Assembly (NCBI GenBank): GCA_951406725.2
Contig: OX597816.1
Span: 73,718,001-73,782,000 of the forward strand
DNA length: 64,000 nt
Direction: 5' to 3'
Source: Octopus vulgaris
Lineage: Eukaryota
Of this stretch, positions 1-13,696 are shown one piece after another. Each line of letters begins with the position of its first letter. Positions within the stretch are counted from its first letter, which is position 1. The notes under the pieces are model-generated. The model did not search any database, was not told the DNA's origin, and worked only from the letters and a program-made list of their open reading frames with translations. A program made the translations under genes and the position numbers.

Positions 1-186
1 GTGCACATACATACACACATGCATACATACACATACATATACATACATACATACACACATATATACATACATACATACACACACACACAAACATACACAC
101 ACACACACATATACATACATACATACATACATACATACATACATACATACATACATACATACATACATACATACATACATACATAG
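1..186. repeat. (TACA)n/(CA)n compound microsatellite
   Basis: Directly visible simple repeat; representative of dozens of (TA)n, (CA)n, (TATG)n, (GA)n and (TAGA)n tracts in the window. Confidence 0.97.
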
Positions 187-347
187 ACATTAGCACTGTT
201 TCTGACCTTGTATTCCACTGCCATAATTCTTAAGGCAACGCACGCACCTACACACATTAAGAAATATTCTCACGCAAATACATTTCATGCGAAGATGCAT
301 GCATATATACTGCATATATATGTGTGTGTGTATAGGTATGTAGATGT

Positions 348-674
348 GAAGGCGCATGGCTCAGTGGTTAAAGTGTCGAGCTTAGGACCGTGAGGTTGTG
401 AGTTCGATTCAGGGACCGTGCTGCGTGTTGTGTTCTTGAGCAAGACACTTTATTTCACGTTGCTCCAGTTCACTCAGCTGTAGAAATGAGTTGCGACATG
501 ACTGGTTCCAAGCAGTATAAGCCTTGGATAACATTAGTGGTGTGGAAAGAAGAGGCTGGTATGCATGTGTGACTGCAGGTCTTCCATAAACAACCTTGCC
601 CGGACTTGTGCCTGGGAGGGTAACTTTCTACGAGAAATCCCATGGTCATTCATTACCGTAGGGGGCTCTTCCAC

Positions 675-676
<2 letters not shown>
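348..676 (+). mobile_element. tRNA-derived SINE (family 1)
   Basis: Head with A-box-like TGGCTCAGTGG and B-box-like GAGTTCGATTC, then a TTGAGCAAGACACTT...CACTCAGCTG body; the head recurs at ~51862 and related copies lie on the minus strand at ~48010-48145 and ~58990-59160. Confidence 0.8.
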
Positions 677-730
<54 letters not shown>

Positions 731-733
<3 letters not shown>

Positions 734-912
734 AAAAAATACAAACTGGGACAAGAACGCAAAACATTTAGAAGACGATACAAAAAACACGGACGGGACA
801 GTCGAAGCCTTCAATCTTCAGTCAAGAACCGGATCATCCTCGCAATTTGGGCTGATTAATCTTGAGATTGCTCCAATCTGGCCAGCCCCAAGGAAAATCT
901 AAGCTAAGCGCA
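731..912 (-). repeat. Dispersed repeat carrying a permuted hammerhead-like motif, copy 1 (probable PLE terminal repeat)
   Basis: Aligns by eye with 4745-4915; abuts (TA)n; contains CTGAAGA and complementary stem segments on the minus strand. Confidence 0.7.
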
Positions 913-1263
913 ATATATCAAAATAGTGTACATTTAAACACAAAAGAAAACCACCCATTAAAAGGATGGCAAATAATATTATTTGTAAAAGAAATTTCGA
1001 AACCATGGTATAACCGATAATAAATAACAAGGTAAAAGTTTTTATTTTTCAATTTCTTCGAAAACTGCTATTAAATAGTGGTTTTGGACATGTTGGCTGC
1101 TATTTCTAGCATGTAAAAATTACCTGCTAATGGGTAATTTTATTTTGTGTTTAAATGTACACTATTTTGAAATATGAATATGTTGTCTATTGAATACTTA
1201 TACATGTTAGACCACTGGTGGTGATATTTTATAGCGAATATTTGCTACCCTATATATGCATCT

Positions 1264-1303
<40 letters not shown>

Positions 1304-1397
1304 AATTGAGATAGGGGTTGTAAATGCAACCCTCCATGGGATAACATATATCCAATATACTGTTAGTGAAGTACCCAACAAAGTTAATACATAAATG

Positions 1398-1470
<73 letters not shown>

Positions 1471-1591
1471 TGTATGTATGTATGTATATACATAACGGGA
1501 AGCTTTATGAAAATAAACAAAAGACGAAGGCAGGTGGAGTACAAACAAACAATTGTATTAGTATGGCGCTCAGGAATATAAATAAAACAAG

Positions 1592-1629
1592 TCTTTTACA
1601 TTTCGAGCCTACGCTCTTCAACAGAAAGA
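1592..1629 (-). ncRNA. Minimal type I hammerhead-like motif (variant core CUGUUGA) within a ~1490-1700 dispersed repeat
   Basis: Minus strand: TCTTT-CTGTTGA-A-GAGC-gtag-GCTC-GAAA-tg-TA-AAAGA; stems I and II pair perfectly. Confidence 0.6.
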
Positions 1630-1986
1630 TACACAGAAAAGAAACACGGAGAGAAACAAGGAGAGAAAAAAATGCGTGCAGAAGCTAGCGATTCAACATG
1701 GCGATACATATATATATGCGTATTTGCATGTGTGTGTGTCAGTATATGTATATACGTACAAACTGAAATACGCACACATACACACAAATGCATCGTGTAT
1801 ATATGCATATATACATACAAATTCATTCTTCACTGCTTTTTCATTATTCTCCTCTTACGCTTCTCTTTCTTCCTCTCTCTTGCTTCCTCGCCTTCATCCT
1901 TCCTCTTCTCAGCCTCATTTAATCCCCTATATCATTACTCCCTCTCTGTCACTTTCTTACACGTTTCCTCTGTATCTCTCTGTTGG

Positions 1987-2045
<59 letters not shown>

Positions 2046-2377
2046 CACATATATATATCATCTTTCGTCACATTTTCTCTCCTCTACCTCATTTACACGC
2101 AGCGCTTTTAAGTCTTTCTCGATACTCTTCTTACACATACACACACACACACATATATGTTTGTCACATACAGTAACCAATGGTTTCGCATACATAAAGT
2201 ACTGGTCACTCAATGGTCACTCTATGACCGGACATATATTTAATTTCATGTAAATACATTACTGCACTAACTTTTAGATTGTGCTCATTTCTCGGATATA
2301 TGATCCACTGACGATATATACATACATACATGCATACATATATACATACATAAATACATACATATATACATACATAA

Positions 2378-2436
<59 letters not shown>

Positions 2437-2463
2437 TATACATATATATATATATACATATAC

Positions 2464-2500
<37 letters not shown>

Positions 2501-2637
2501 CTTACATATATATTTACAAACATATATATATATACATATATATATACATATATATATATACATACATATATATATACATATATATACATATATATACATA
2601 TATATATGCATATATATATATGCATATATATATATAC

Positions 2638-2690
<53 letters not shown>

Positions 2691-2706
2691 TGCATATATA
2701 TATATG

Positions 2707-2737
<31 letters not shown>

Positions 2738-3275
2738 GTGTATGTATATCTATGTATATGTATATACGCTATCTCAATATGTATACATACATACATACAT
2801 ACATGCATGCATGTATGTATGTATGTATGTATGTGTGCTGTATATAGAGGCACACAAAGAATACCTGTACACTATGCAAGCAGCCACACATCCAACAATA
2901 CAGTTTGGTAGTCATTAGAAAAGATGAAAATGTCAGAGATTCGTTTTACAATAAAGCAATCTCGGAATCTCACGCCAAAACTACATTTATATGACATTCG
3001 TTTGGGAGACGATATGATGTGTACAATACATACATACATATACATATATGCGTATATACATATATACATATATGTATATATATATATATATGTATATACA
3101 TATATGTATATGTATATATATACATATATATATATATATATGTATATATATGCACATACATATATGTATATATATATACATATGTTATGCATATATATGT
3201 ACGTGTATGCATGTATCTAAGCATAAACAAATATATATAAGTATATCTATATGTATATATACATATGTATGTCTG

Positions 3276-3323
<48 letters not shown>

Positions 3324-3397
3324 TGAATATATATCTGTATATATATGAGCGTATATATATTTTGCATAAATATATATATATACGTTTAAATATTTGT

Positions 3398-4646
<1,249 letters not shown>

Positions 4647-4670
4647 GTATATATATATATATATATATTC

Positions 4671-4720
<50 letters not shown>

Positions 4721-4723
<3 letters not shown>

Positions 4724-5129
4724 TAAACAGTAAAAATAATTACAGACATGGACAAGAACATGAAACGCCACAGAGACGACACAAGAACCACAGGACGGGA
4801 CATTCGAAGCCCTCAGTCATCAGTCAAGAACCAGATCATCTTAGCAATTTCGGCTGATTAATCTTGAGATTGCTCCGATATGGCCAGCCCGCCACGGGAA
4901 ATCTAAGCCAAGTGCATTAGATCCCCTGGAAGAAAGCTTCGAATGTATACAACACGAGGACGGAAAACGAACGAAGTACACGAACAAAAATACAGAATAC
5001 GTGACAACAATAAGAATACAAAAACGTAAAACAATAACGGTAAAAATAAAGTATAAAGAATAAACAACAAAACAAAACCAGGACGTAGGACAAGGGTCTT
5101 TCGACAGGACGAATTGAGCATGGGGCTAG

Positions 5130-5131
<2 letters not shown>
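4721..5131 (-). repeat. Dispersed repeat carrying a permuted hammerhead-like motif, copy 2
   Basis: Homologous to 731-912; flanked by (TA)n on both sides; intact CTGATGA and GAAA on the minus strand. Confidence 0.7.
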
Positions 5132-5173
<42 letters not shown>

Positions 5174-5400
5174 TATATCATATTATATTATATTGTGTGT
5201 GAGTGTGTGTGTGTATGTGTGTGTGTTCGCGCGTGTGGAGAGAGAGTTATATAGGTTAATAAAGACTTCGGAGTCCCTGTCAGTCGTTTCCTTATGAAAT
5301 TAATATATATATGTACTCTTCTAAAACATATCCAGCAATACTCGAATTTCAATGTTGAATTGTTTTTATACGTGACTTCAGAGAAACAAAATGAAAATAG

Positions 5401-5440
<40 letters not shown>

Positions 5441-5442
<2 letters not shown>

Positions 5443-6035
5443 TTCTGAAAAAGTCGTTCTTCAGGTGTGCAGGTACTTGATTATGCAACCTCTTCGCTGT
5501 ATTATGAGATTTAATTGTGTTTCTATATTGTGTCCATAAGTTCAAATTTTGGGGTTCAGGTATGTCCTCACTTTCTGTCGTGGGCTGAATTTAGTCACTG
5601 AGTTTATCTGGGTGTGTTGTTACTGAAGGGCCGTTGGTAAGCTGCTTTGAGTGTGTGGATGTAGTGACAACAACTGTTAAAGTGGTTGTCGTTTTAAAGG
5701 GATTGGCATTTCATTTCTTTGTACCGAGAACCAATATAAGGTCCGTTATCTCAACCATATCTCCTCATTCCAAAAGATAAGCCGGCGGCACCCAACATCA
5801 CTAGCGTACCTAATATGGAGCTTAAAAGTTGGAAAAATAAGATATGAGATAGAATGGTTAATAATGAAAACTGCAGACAGAGAGGATCTTCTTGCAGCCG
5901 AGAATTTGAACGTATGGAGACAATATTTACATAATACCTGAGGAAACACAATTAAATCTCATAATACAGGGAAGCGGTTGCATAATCAAGTACCTCCACG
6001 CCTGGAGAACTACGTTGCGTAGAAACAATTGTAAT

Positions 6036-6040
<5 letters not shown>
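5441..6040 (+). mobile_element. Probable PLE remnant with inverted ends and a degenerate hammerhead at ~5996-6036
   Basis: 5457-5524 is an inverted copy of 5941-6010; CTGGAGA-ac-TACG-ttg-CGTA-GAAA-CAATTG-TA has a palindromic stem III; flanked by (TA)n. Confidence 0.55.
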
Positions 6041-6108
<68 letters not shown>

Positions 6109-6519
6109 GAATGGTTTGGTTAAGCAGTGTCGATTTTTACAATGCTGTAAATAATAATAATAGTATTTTATAAGCTTAAAGTGATAACCGCGCAACTAAA
6201 GAAAATGTGAATAGATGCATACCTGAGCGTATGAATCGAGATTTCAACCCACGCACCAAGTCAACCACATATCTACAAACACCGGTATCTCTCTTTACTC
6301 AAAAAGTCCTGTAGCTTTGTTTGCAATAGGCTTGAACTCACTCAAGTTGAACTTAAATAAAACTCAAAGAAAAATCATATACAGTAATCTTTCTCCATAT
6401 CGCGATTCATTTATTGCGGTTTATTATATAAGCTTATGTTCATCCCTCCGTGATGTTGTTTTACATTTATAATAGAATAAATATATACAAATTATAAAAA
6501 TAATAAAAAATTATACATA

Positions 6520-6945
6520 GGCGCAGGAGTGGCTATAGGCGCAGGAGTGGCTGTGTGGTAAGTAGCTTGTTTACCAACCACATGGTTCCGGGTTCAGTCC
6601 CACTGCGTGGCACCTTGGGCAAGTGTCTTCTACTATAGCCTCGGGCCGACCAAAGCCTTGTGAGTGGATTTGGTAGACGGAAACTGAAAGAAGCCCGTCG
6701 TATATATGTATATATATGCGTGTGTGTGTTTGTGTGTCTGTGTTTGTCCCCCTAGCATTGCTTGACAACCGATGCTGGTGTGTTTATGTCCCCGTTACTT
6801 AGCGGTTCGGCAAAAGAGACCGATAGAATAAGTACTGGGCTTACAAAAGAATAAGTCCCGGTGTCGAGTTGCTCGATTAAAGGTGGTGCTCCAGCATGGC
6901 CGCAGTCAAATGACTGAAACAAGTAAAAGAGTAAAAGAGTAAAAG
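6520..6945 (+). mobile_element. tRNA-derived SINE (family 2), full length, with LINE-like 3' tail
   Basis: A/B-box-like head (GTGGCTGTGTGG; GGTTCAGTCCC), internal TA/TG microsatellite, tail GGTGGTGCTCCAGCATGGCC-hairpin-GAAAC and (GTAAAAGA)n; near-identical copy at 43865-44276; 18-bp tandem duplication of the 5' end. Confidence 0.92.
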
Positions 6946-7031
6946 TACAGCATTGTTTCTACTTCGCGGATTTTCACCTATCGCAGGGTGTTTTGGAACG
7001 TAATACCCGCGATAGTCGAAGGTTTACTGTA
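6946..7031. mobile_element. Short Tigger/pogo-like non-autonomous remnant
   Basis: TACAG...CTGTA ends and a CCCGCGATAGTCGAAGGTTTACTGTA terminus resembling Tigger-type ends. Confidence 0.4.
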
Positions 7032-7625
7032 TATTATTTCTCAGTATTACAAGAAGAGGTACATCTATAATATTTTTGCAGAGCTTCGGGGAGGAGCACG
7101 ATGAAACGATAATCCCTGAATAATCCACGTATTTTCCACAATAGAGACACCGCTAAAGGATTTAGCGTTAAAATCAATGATTGATTTTTATCCAGGAGTA
7201 GGAGCATTCCTTTCGACAAGCTTCTTCAGAAATCCGTCGACTGATTTTCACTCTGAAAGGATTTAGTCTAAGAGAAGTTGTGAAATAAATAAATAAATAA
7301 ACTTATTCAGGGTGGGTTCGAACCTAGAATTGCGTGGATTTCTTAGCTACAAGACTATGTCTTAGTCGACTTCTACACACAGAATAAATTTTGAACGAGA
7401 TGTAAAAGTGAAAACCAACAGTCCTTAAATTCATGTCAATGCGTGTGTGCGAGAGATAGAGAGAGAGAAACAGACAGAGAGAGAGAGAAAGAAAGAAAGG
7501 ATGTGTGTGTGTTTAAGTGCGTGCGTGCAGTGTGAGTATTTATGTTTAAATATGTCTGCCTGTTTGTCTGATGTGTTCCCACGTGTTTGTACATCTGTAT
7601 CGATGTGTGAATGTGTGTGTGTGTG

Positions 7626-7688
<63 letters not shown>

Positions 7689-7821
7689 ATGGCTTCATTT
7701 GTATTGAAATGCGTCGGTTTGCATCTGTGTTTATTTGTCCTCGAGTCTGAGATCCCTCATGTCTGAGATATTACGCATGTATAAGTGTTTGTTTTAGTGT
7801 GTATGACTGTGTGCATATGTC

Positions 7822-7907
<86 letters not shown>

Positions 7908-7989
7908 GTATCTGATGTTAAGACGGCGTTGCTCATTTCCATAAGAAATACCGAAAGAAAAAAACCGGAAATTATATGGTTGAAAAATT

Positions 7990-8240
7990 CACCGCTCAAA
8001 CTAGGCATCGACACGAACTAATTGCACGTTAAGGTCTTGTCCGTTTCTGTTGGCCTTGAGACTCTTTAGCGCCATTTTGGTGTCAGTCTCGAGTTCGATA
8101 GAGCAACTTCCGGAGAAAGTGTCGGCTGCTCTCGTTATAATGAGAGTAGCGAGAGGACGTAAATCTCGCTGCTATTTTCGCTGGTTATCAACAAGCAAAC
8201 AAACAAACAAATGTAAGCGATTGTATCCTTCCGGCAGTGA
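7990..8240 (+). promoter_or_regulatory. Candidate host promoter / first exon
   Basis: Non-repetitive CpG-rich island with YY1-like GCGCCATTTT (~8069), ETS-like ACTTCCGG (~8106) and CTTCCGG (~8228), and a possible donor GTAAG (~8213). Confidence 0.4.
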
Positions 8241-8315
8241 ATTACTCCAAAGCAAAATACATAGTTGCCAGCAATTGCTTACAAAGACACATTCGAATGC
8301 GTGCACACACACACA

Positions 8316-8373
<58 letters not shown>

Positions 8374-8623
8374 AACAAACACACACATATACGCATACAG
8401 GCACACAGATACAATGACATATACACACGGGCTCTTAAAAGCATTATCTCTGTCTTTATCTTTCTCTCGTCTATCTGTATTCCTCTCAGCCACAAAAAAA
8501 AAACATATTCAAAGACACGAATAGTCATTTAGAAAGCATCAAAACATCCTCACATGTACGCGTTCACAAGTAAATACATATATACATACATACACACACC
8601 CACACTTACACACACATACACAC

Positions 8624-8712
<89 letters not shown>

Positions 8713-8789
8713 TTTATACATATATATACACACACACACATACACACATATACGTATATATATACATATACAGATACCAAATTAATTTG

Positions 8790-9445
8790 GTCATTGATAG
8801 CGAAACTCGAATACAGGCATAACTAATTTTTAATTCTCTCTAATGCCTATTAGCAGCGTGCCTTAAGAATTCCTTTTTTCATAGTTTGGGTTTAATTGCC
8901 CTTTTTAGCATGTAAGAAGTCCTGTCAAGGGTTTTCTCTCCGTGTAAAAATCTTTATGCACTCTTATATAAAATATTTTATGTCTTGTAACCTTTATTAA
9001 GCATGCAAGCCACTGGTAATAAATTATTTTAATTTTTTGCCCTTATACTTATGCAGTAAAATTTTCCAATTCTTAGGCTATATAGTACACAGTTTAAATT
9101 TATTTACTGCTGCGCTATTCTGACTACCCTCACGCATTAAGTTTGAATCCATAATGTATAAAGATGAAGCTGTCTTGCGCATGTGTTTGCCTCGTGTTTT
9201 CGGTACGTATTACAGCTACATAATTATGCATTCTTTAGCGATCCTACTTACTAGCTACATATACTAAATTTATTTATTTAGCCATTAATAGCGAATCTCG
9301 AGTATAGGGTTAACTAATTTTGTATTCACTCTAGTGCCTATTAGCAGCGTGCCTTAACAATTCCTTTTTCATAGTTTGGTTTTAACTGTTCCTTTTTAGC
9401 ATGTATGAAGTCCTGCCAAGGGTCTTCTCTCCATGTATAAATCTT
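8790..9445 (+). repeat. Direct repeat pair (~8790-8960 and ~9280-9445), probable tandem PLE terminal repeats with a decayed hammerhead
   Basis: Shared ATAGCGAA.CTCGA.TA...TGCCTATTAGCAGCGTGCCTTAA...AAGTCCTG.CAAGGG; lies upstream of a GIY-YIG remnant. Confidence 0.7.
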
Positions 9446-9989
9446 ATATATATATATAGTATTATAACACATCATTTTGATATATTATACTAGTTCCCCG
9501 TTGACAGGCCCCTGGTATGTGTGATTACATTGGATTATAGGGATAATGTAATTAAATTAATGGATATGTATTAATTCGTATGTATGTATCGTAGATGGCT
9601 TTTTTCCAAGTGTGGAGCCTACGCCTTTATCCAAACAACGTGGCTGCTTGTTTTGATCCAGTTGTAATGTTTAGAAGAGTTGTAAACTAAACTGCTAGGC
9701 AAAGCTAGTGTGAATGGAAAATCTCTTTATACAAGGATTATACCAGGTAACGCCCACTGGATGAGGGAACCCCTCATTAAAAAGTTCCTGGCAGCTAGTT
9801 GCTCTTCTCTGTTTTGAGCCGTTTAGAGTAGGTTATTGATAACTGAAGAGAGCAACTGTAAAGTAAAGTTGGCATCATGAATGTTACAATAAAGGAAATA
9901 ACAACTACGTATTTATACCTATTTGTAATAGTCATGTTAGTCAATGTGGTAAGAAGAAATGTTTCTGTTGTAATGTTTTGGTTGATAAT

Positions 9990-10340
9990 AAAGTTTTTTA
10001 GCGGCAAGATTACAGGTAGGAAATTTATCATTAATAATAATTTACAGTTAAGTTGTAAATCTAGAAATGTAATTTATTTGATTAGTTGTGATGAATGTAA
10101 TGTGCAGTATGTAAAACAAACTACTCAGAAATTACATCAACGTCTCAATGGTCATAGACAGGCATTTAAATTGGGTAGTAAACTTAGAATTTACGAACAC
10201 TTTAGAGAGCTTAGGGTTTGAAAAACGTAAAATTCAGCTAATTTGTCAAATAGATGACAGACGGAAACATTTAGAAGAAAAATAGTATTGGCCTAAGGTA
10301 TTGTGTAACATATACCCTCTAGGCCTTAATGATAAAATTT
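9990..10340 (+). pseudogene. GIY-YIG endonuclease remnant of a PLE (Neptune-like)
   Basis: LSCKSRNVIYLISCDECNVQYVKQTTQKLHQRLNGHR and downstream YW..LCNIYPLGLND; stops and frameshifts. Confidence 0.85.
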
Positions 10341-10428
10341 TAGGTGTAGGGAACATGTCTAGTGATAATAATACAGGAGGGATGTATGTATGTATGTGTG
10401 TGTATCTATGTATGTGTGTATGTATGTA

Positions 10429-12549
10429 TTGGATCATCCCATAAATACTATGTCTGATCAATAAGTATCCGGATTGGTGTTATAAAAACAAAACTACAGC
10501 ACGTACTAATTTGGCATTTAATCTCTTTCAAAGTTTAATCCCCTTCGGAAGTCACACACCTAATCTAGTGCTGTTTCCATTGCTGGAAGCATTGCTGGAA
10601 GCATTCCCGGAACTCGTTTTCTGGGATAATCAGTAGCTGCCTCGTCGCAATGATTTCCATTTCCTCGACGTCCTGAAATCTTCCTTTCAAGTGGGATTTG
10701 CTGGAGAATGCTGTACCAAAAACTGTTGCACAAGCTGCGCTGAATAGGCAGGTGCGTTGTCAGCTGAAGGCAATTTTGTCACAAACTTGGCTGACACGCG
10801 TCCCATACCCAAATCTTCAGTGATAATGGACTGAACTGAGCTATAACTAATCTACACATTCTCTGATAACCCACGGGTGGTTATTCGACGATTTCCTCTC
10901 AGAGCTGCACGTACATCTGCGATGTTTTTCTCAGTTCTGCTGGCTGTGGGTATTCCAGAACGTTCATCACTATCGAGTTTTTTCGGATCATAAATTCCTC
11001 TCCATACACTTTCTGTAACTTTGCGTAGTCGTCTGAGCAGGTATCGCCAAGCTTTTGGCAAAATTTGAAGATTTTCTGCTCAACTTTCTGTCGTGGTGAA
11101 TTGCAACGATCACACGCTATATTCCTTCCTTCCAAGCGCTGCTTTAAACAGCGGAAGTGAGCTAGAACGTTAAAACTTACTGCGCATGTACAGCAGAGTC
11201 CAAGGTCAATCTGTGCTAAGCAGCTTCACTCTGCGTGCTTTAGCTCCATTTCTATGGCAACAGGACGGATATTTATTGATCAGACCACGTAACGCGGTTT
11301 TCATATACTTCTTTTATTTTTCAAAATTAAGATAAACAAAGTTCTTTTTTAATCTAAAATGTACTCTCCTTAATTTCCTACAATGCTCTTCCATCTATCC
11401 GGTAGACTTGCAAGGCCCCTGTTCCAAAATTCACTTGTCCGTGACGAAAAATACACCTCCAGTACTGTTCTGACCTCCTCTATAGAATTCACATTTTTCC
11501 GTCCAAATGATTTTCAAGACTGCGAAATCAGATGAGGCAATGTCCAGCGAATATGGTGGGTGGGGCATCGTTTCCCATTTAAACTGCTCAGCCATTGGAA
11601 TGTCATCCTCGCTGTATGTAGCCGAGCATTATCCTGATTGAAGAACACCTTTCGTCTTCAAACCAAAGATGGTCATTTTACTTCTAGTGCTGACGTAAGC
11701 CGCTCAAGCTGCACGCAGTAGATCTCCTTTGTTATTGATTGGTTTGGGTTTAAAAGTTCACAGTGGACTAAACCTTTCATATCCCACCAAACAGATAACA
11801 ACACCTTACGCGAGTGAAGGACTTCTTTAGCTTGGGATGCTGGTGTTTCTCTTTTCCCTACCCACTATCTTCGGCGCGTGACATTTTTATAGAGAACTCA
11901 TTTCTCGTCACCAGTCACTGTCCGGTCCCTAAATGGTTCATTCGTGAGACTTGCCAGCAAAGAAGAGCACACATTCACACTCTGTGCGGAATTAGACTCG
12001 GAAAGTTTGTGAGGAACCTATTGATCCAATCTGCTGACTTTTCCGATGGCACGCAGATATCGATGAATGGTTGAATAACCAAATCCAAGCTTCTCTACGA
12101 GTTTCTCAACAGTTACGATGGGATTTCATTCCACCAGGGTTTGCAGGACGTCTTCGTCGAACTCTACAGATCTTCCAGGACGAGTCTCGTTTTCTAGGCT
12201 GTAGTTTCCGGCTCGGAATTTCTGGAACCACCGTTGACACTGGCTTACGCTTATTGTCCAATCCCCATATACTGCATTAATATTCCTCACACTTACCGTT
12301 GTGTTATTGCCTTTATTGAACTCATAAAGCCAAATATGCCGAATATGCTTCTTTGTCACTTCCGTTATAGCTTCGAAAAAATAACTGTTAAAATCGAACT
12401 GCACTCTTCAAAACTTACACTAAGAATAAAAGTACAAGATAAAATTACTACCTGCTTTTATAGCAAGTTGATGCAGGTAATTTATACCGTCCCCATCCGA
12501 CTTTTAGTTCATACAATTGAAAGACCGCAATATCTATGGGATGACCCAA
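10429..12549 (-). mobile_element. Mariner transposon (decayed), interrupted in one TIR by a second mariner
   Basis: TIRs TTGGATCATCCCATAAA|TAACGCGGTTTTC versus GAAAGACCGCAATATCTATGGGATGACCCAA with TA flanks; transposase fragments HIRHIWLYEFNKG...RWFQKFRAGNYSLENETRPGR, QDNARLH, HPPYSLDIASSD. Confidence 0.92.
10448..11289 (-). mobile_element. Internally deleted mariner nested at a TA dinucleotide
   Basis: TIRs CTATGTCTGATCAATAAGTATCCG / CGGATATTTATTGATCAGACCACG, TA duplication, HTH fragments KFCQKLGDT...DERSGIPTASRTEKNI. Confidence 0.9.
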
Positions 12550-12623
12550 TATGTATGTATGCATGTATGTATGTATGTAAGTGTATGTGTGTATGTATGT
12601 ATGTATGTATGTATGTATGTGTG

Positions 12624-12655
<32 letters not shown>

Positions 12656-12729
12656 TGTATGTATGTATGTATGTATGTATGTATGTGTGCGTTGTTTTGT
12701 GTCCGTGTTTATCTTTTTCACATAATGGT

Positions 12730-12862
12730 TTGTTTACGTCGCCGTAACATAGCGGATCGGCAAAATACACAGAATAAATAACTGGGGTCGATTTGTTGAA
12801 CTAAAACCTTTCAAGGTGGTGCCCCAGCATGACCGCAGTTCAATGACTAAAACAATAAATTA
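12730..12862 (+). mobile_element. 3' fragment of SINE family 2
   Basis: TGTTTACGTC...GCGGATCGGCAAAA...GGTGGTGCCCCAGCATGACCGCAG matches 6780-6920. Confidence 0.75.
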
Positions 12863-12934
12863 ATAAAGTGATGCAAGATATACATACATAATTATTCTTG
12901 CGTATTATAAAGACAACTTTGAGAGGAACAATAT

Positions 12935-13356
12935 TCTTTTCTACTCTAAGCACAAGGCCTGAAATTTTTGGAAGTGAGCCAGCCGATTAGATCAACCTCA
13001 GTACGCAACTGGTACTTAATTTATCGACCCCGAAAGGGTGAAAGGCAAAGTCGACCTTGGCGGAATTTAAACTCAGAACGTAGCGGCAGACGAAATACTT
13101 ATTTCTTTACTACCCACAAGGGGCTAAACACAGGGCGGACAAAAAAGGACAGACAAACGGATTAAGTCGATTATATCGATCCCAGTGCGTAACTGGTACT
13201 TAATTTATTGACCCCGAAAGGATAAAATTTATCGACCCCGAAAGGGTGAAAGGCAAAGTCGACCTTGGCGGAATTTGAACTCAGAACGTAGCGGCAGACG
13301 AAATACCGCTAAGCATTTCGCCCGGCGTGCTATCGTTTCTGCCAGCTCGCCACCTT
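12935..13356 (-). mobile_element. SINE family 3, partially duplicated copy
   Basis: Reverse complement of GGCGAGCTGGCAGAAACG.TAGCACGCCGGGCGAAATGCTTAGCG...GAGTTCAAATTCCGCC...TTTCGGGGTCGATAAATTAAGTACCAG; central block present twice. Confidence 0.85.
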
Positions 13357-13622
13357 AGAGGACAGCAATATTGAATAAATCGTACAAGAACTCTGCAAAG
13401 TTAAACTAACAACTAATCTACAAAACTATACTCCAAGCAAAGTACCAATTACTGATATCACTAATATAATTCCCAAACTGGCGCCATAACGATACTACTA
13501 TTAATATAAGCATCGTTACCAATACTAGCATGAAAGAAACAAATGTGTGTGAGTATGTGTACATAAGTACATATTGGTACGTGTCTTTCTTACGTAATAG
13601 AGATAGTGACGTCAGTTACAGC

Positions 13623-13696
<74 letters not shown>

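Noticed and set aside
9755-9805. CTGGATGA-GGGAAC...GTTCC as another hammerhead
   Set aside because: No GAAA follows the stem, and stems I/III cannot be assigned
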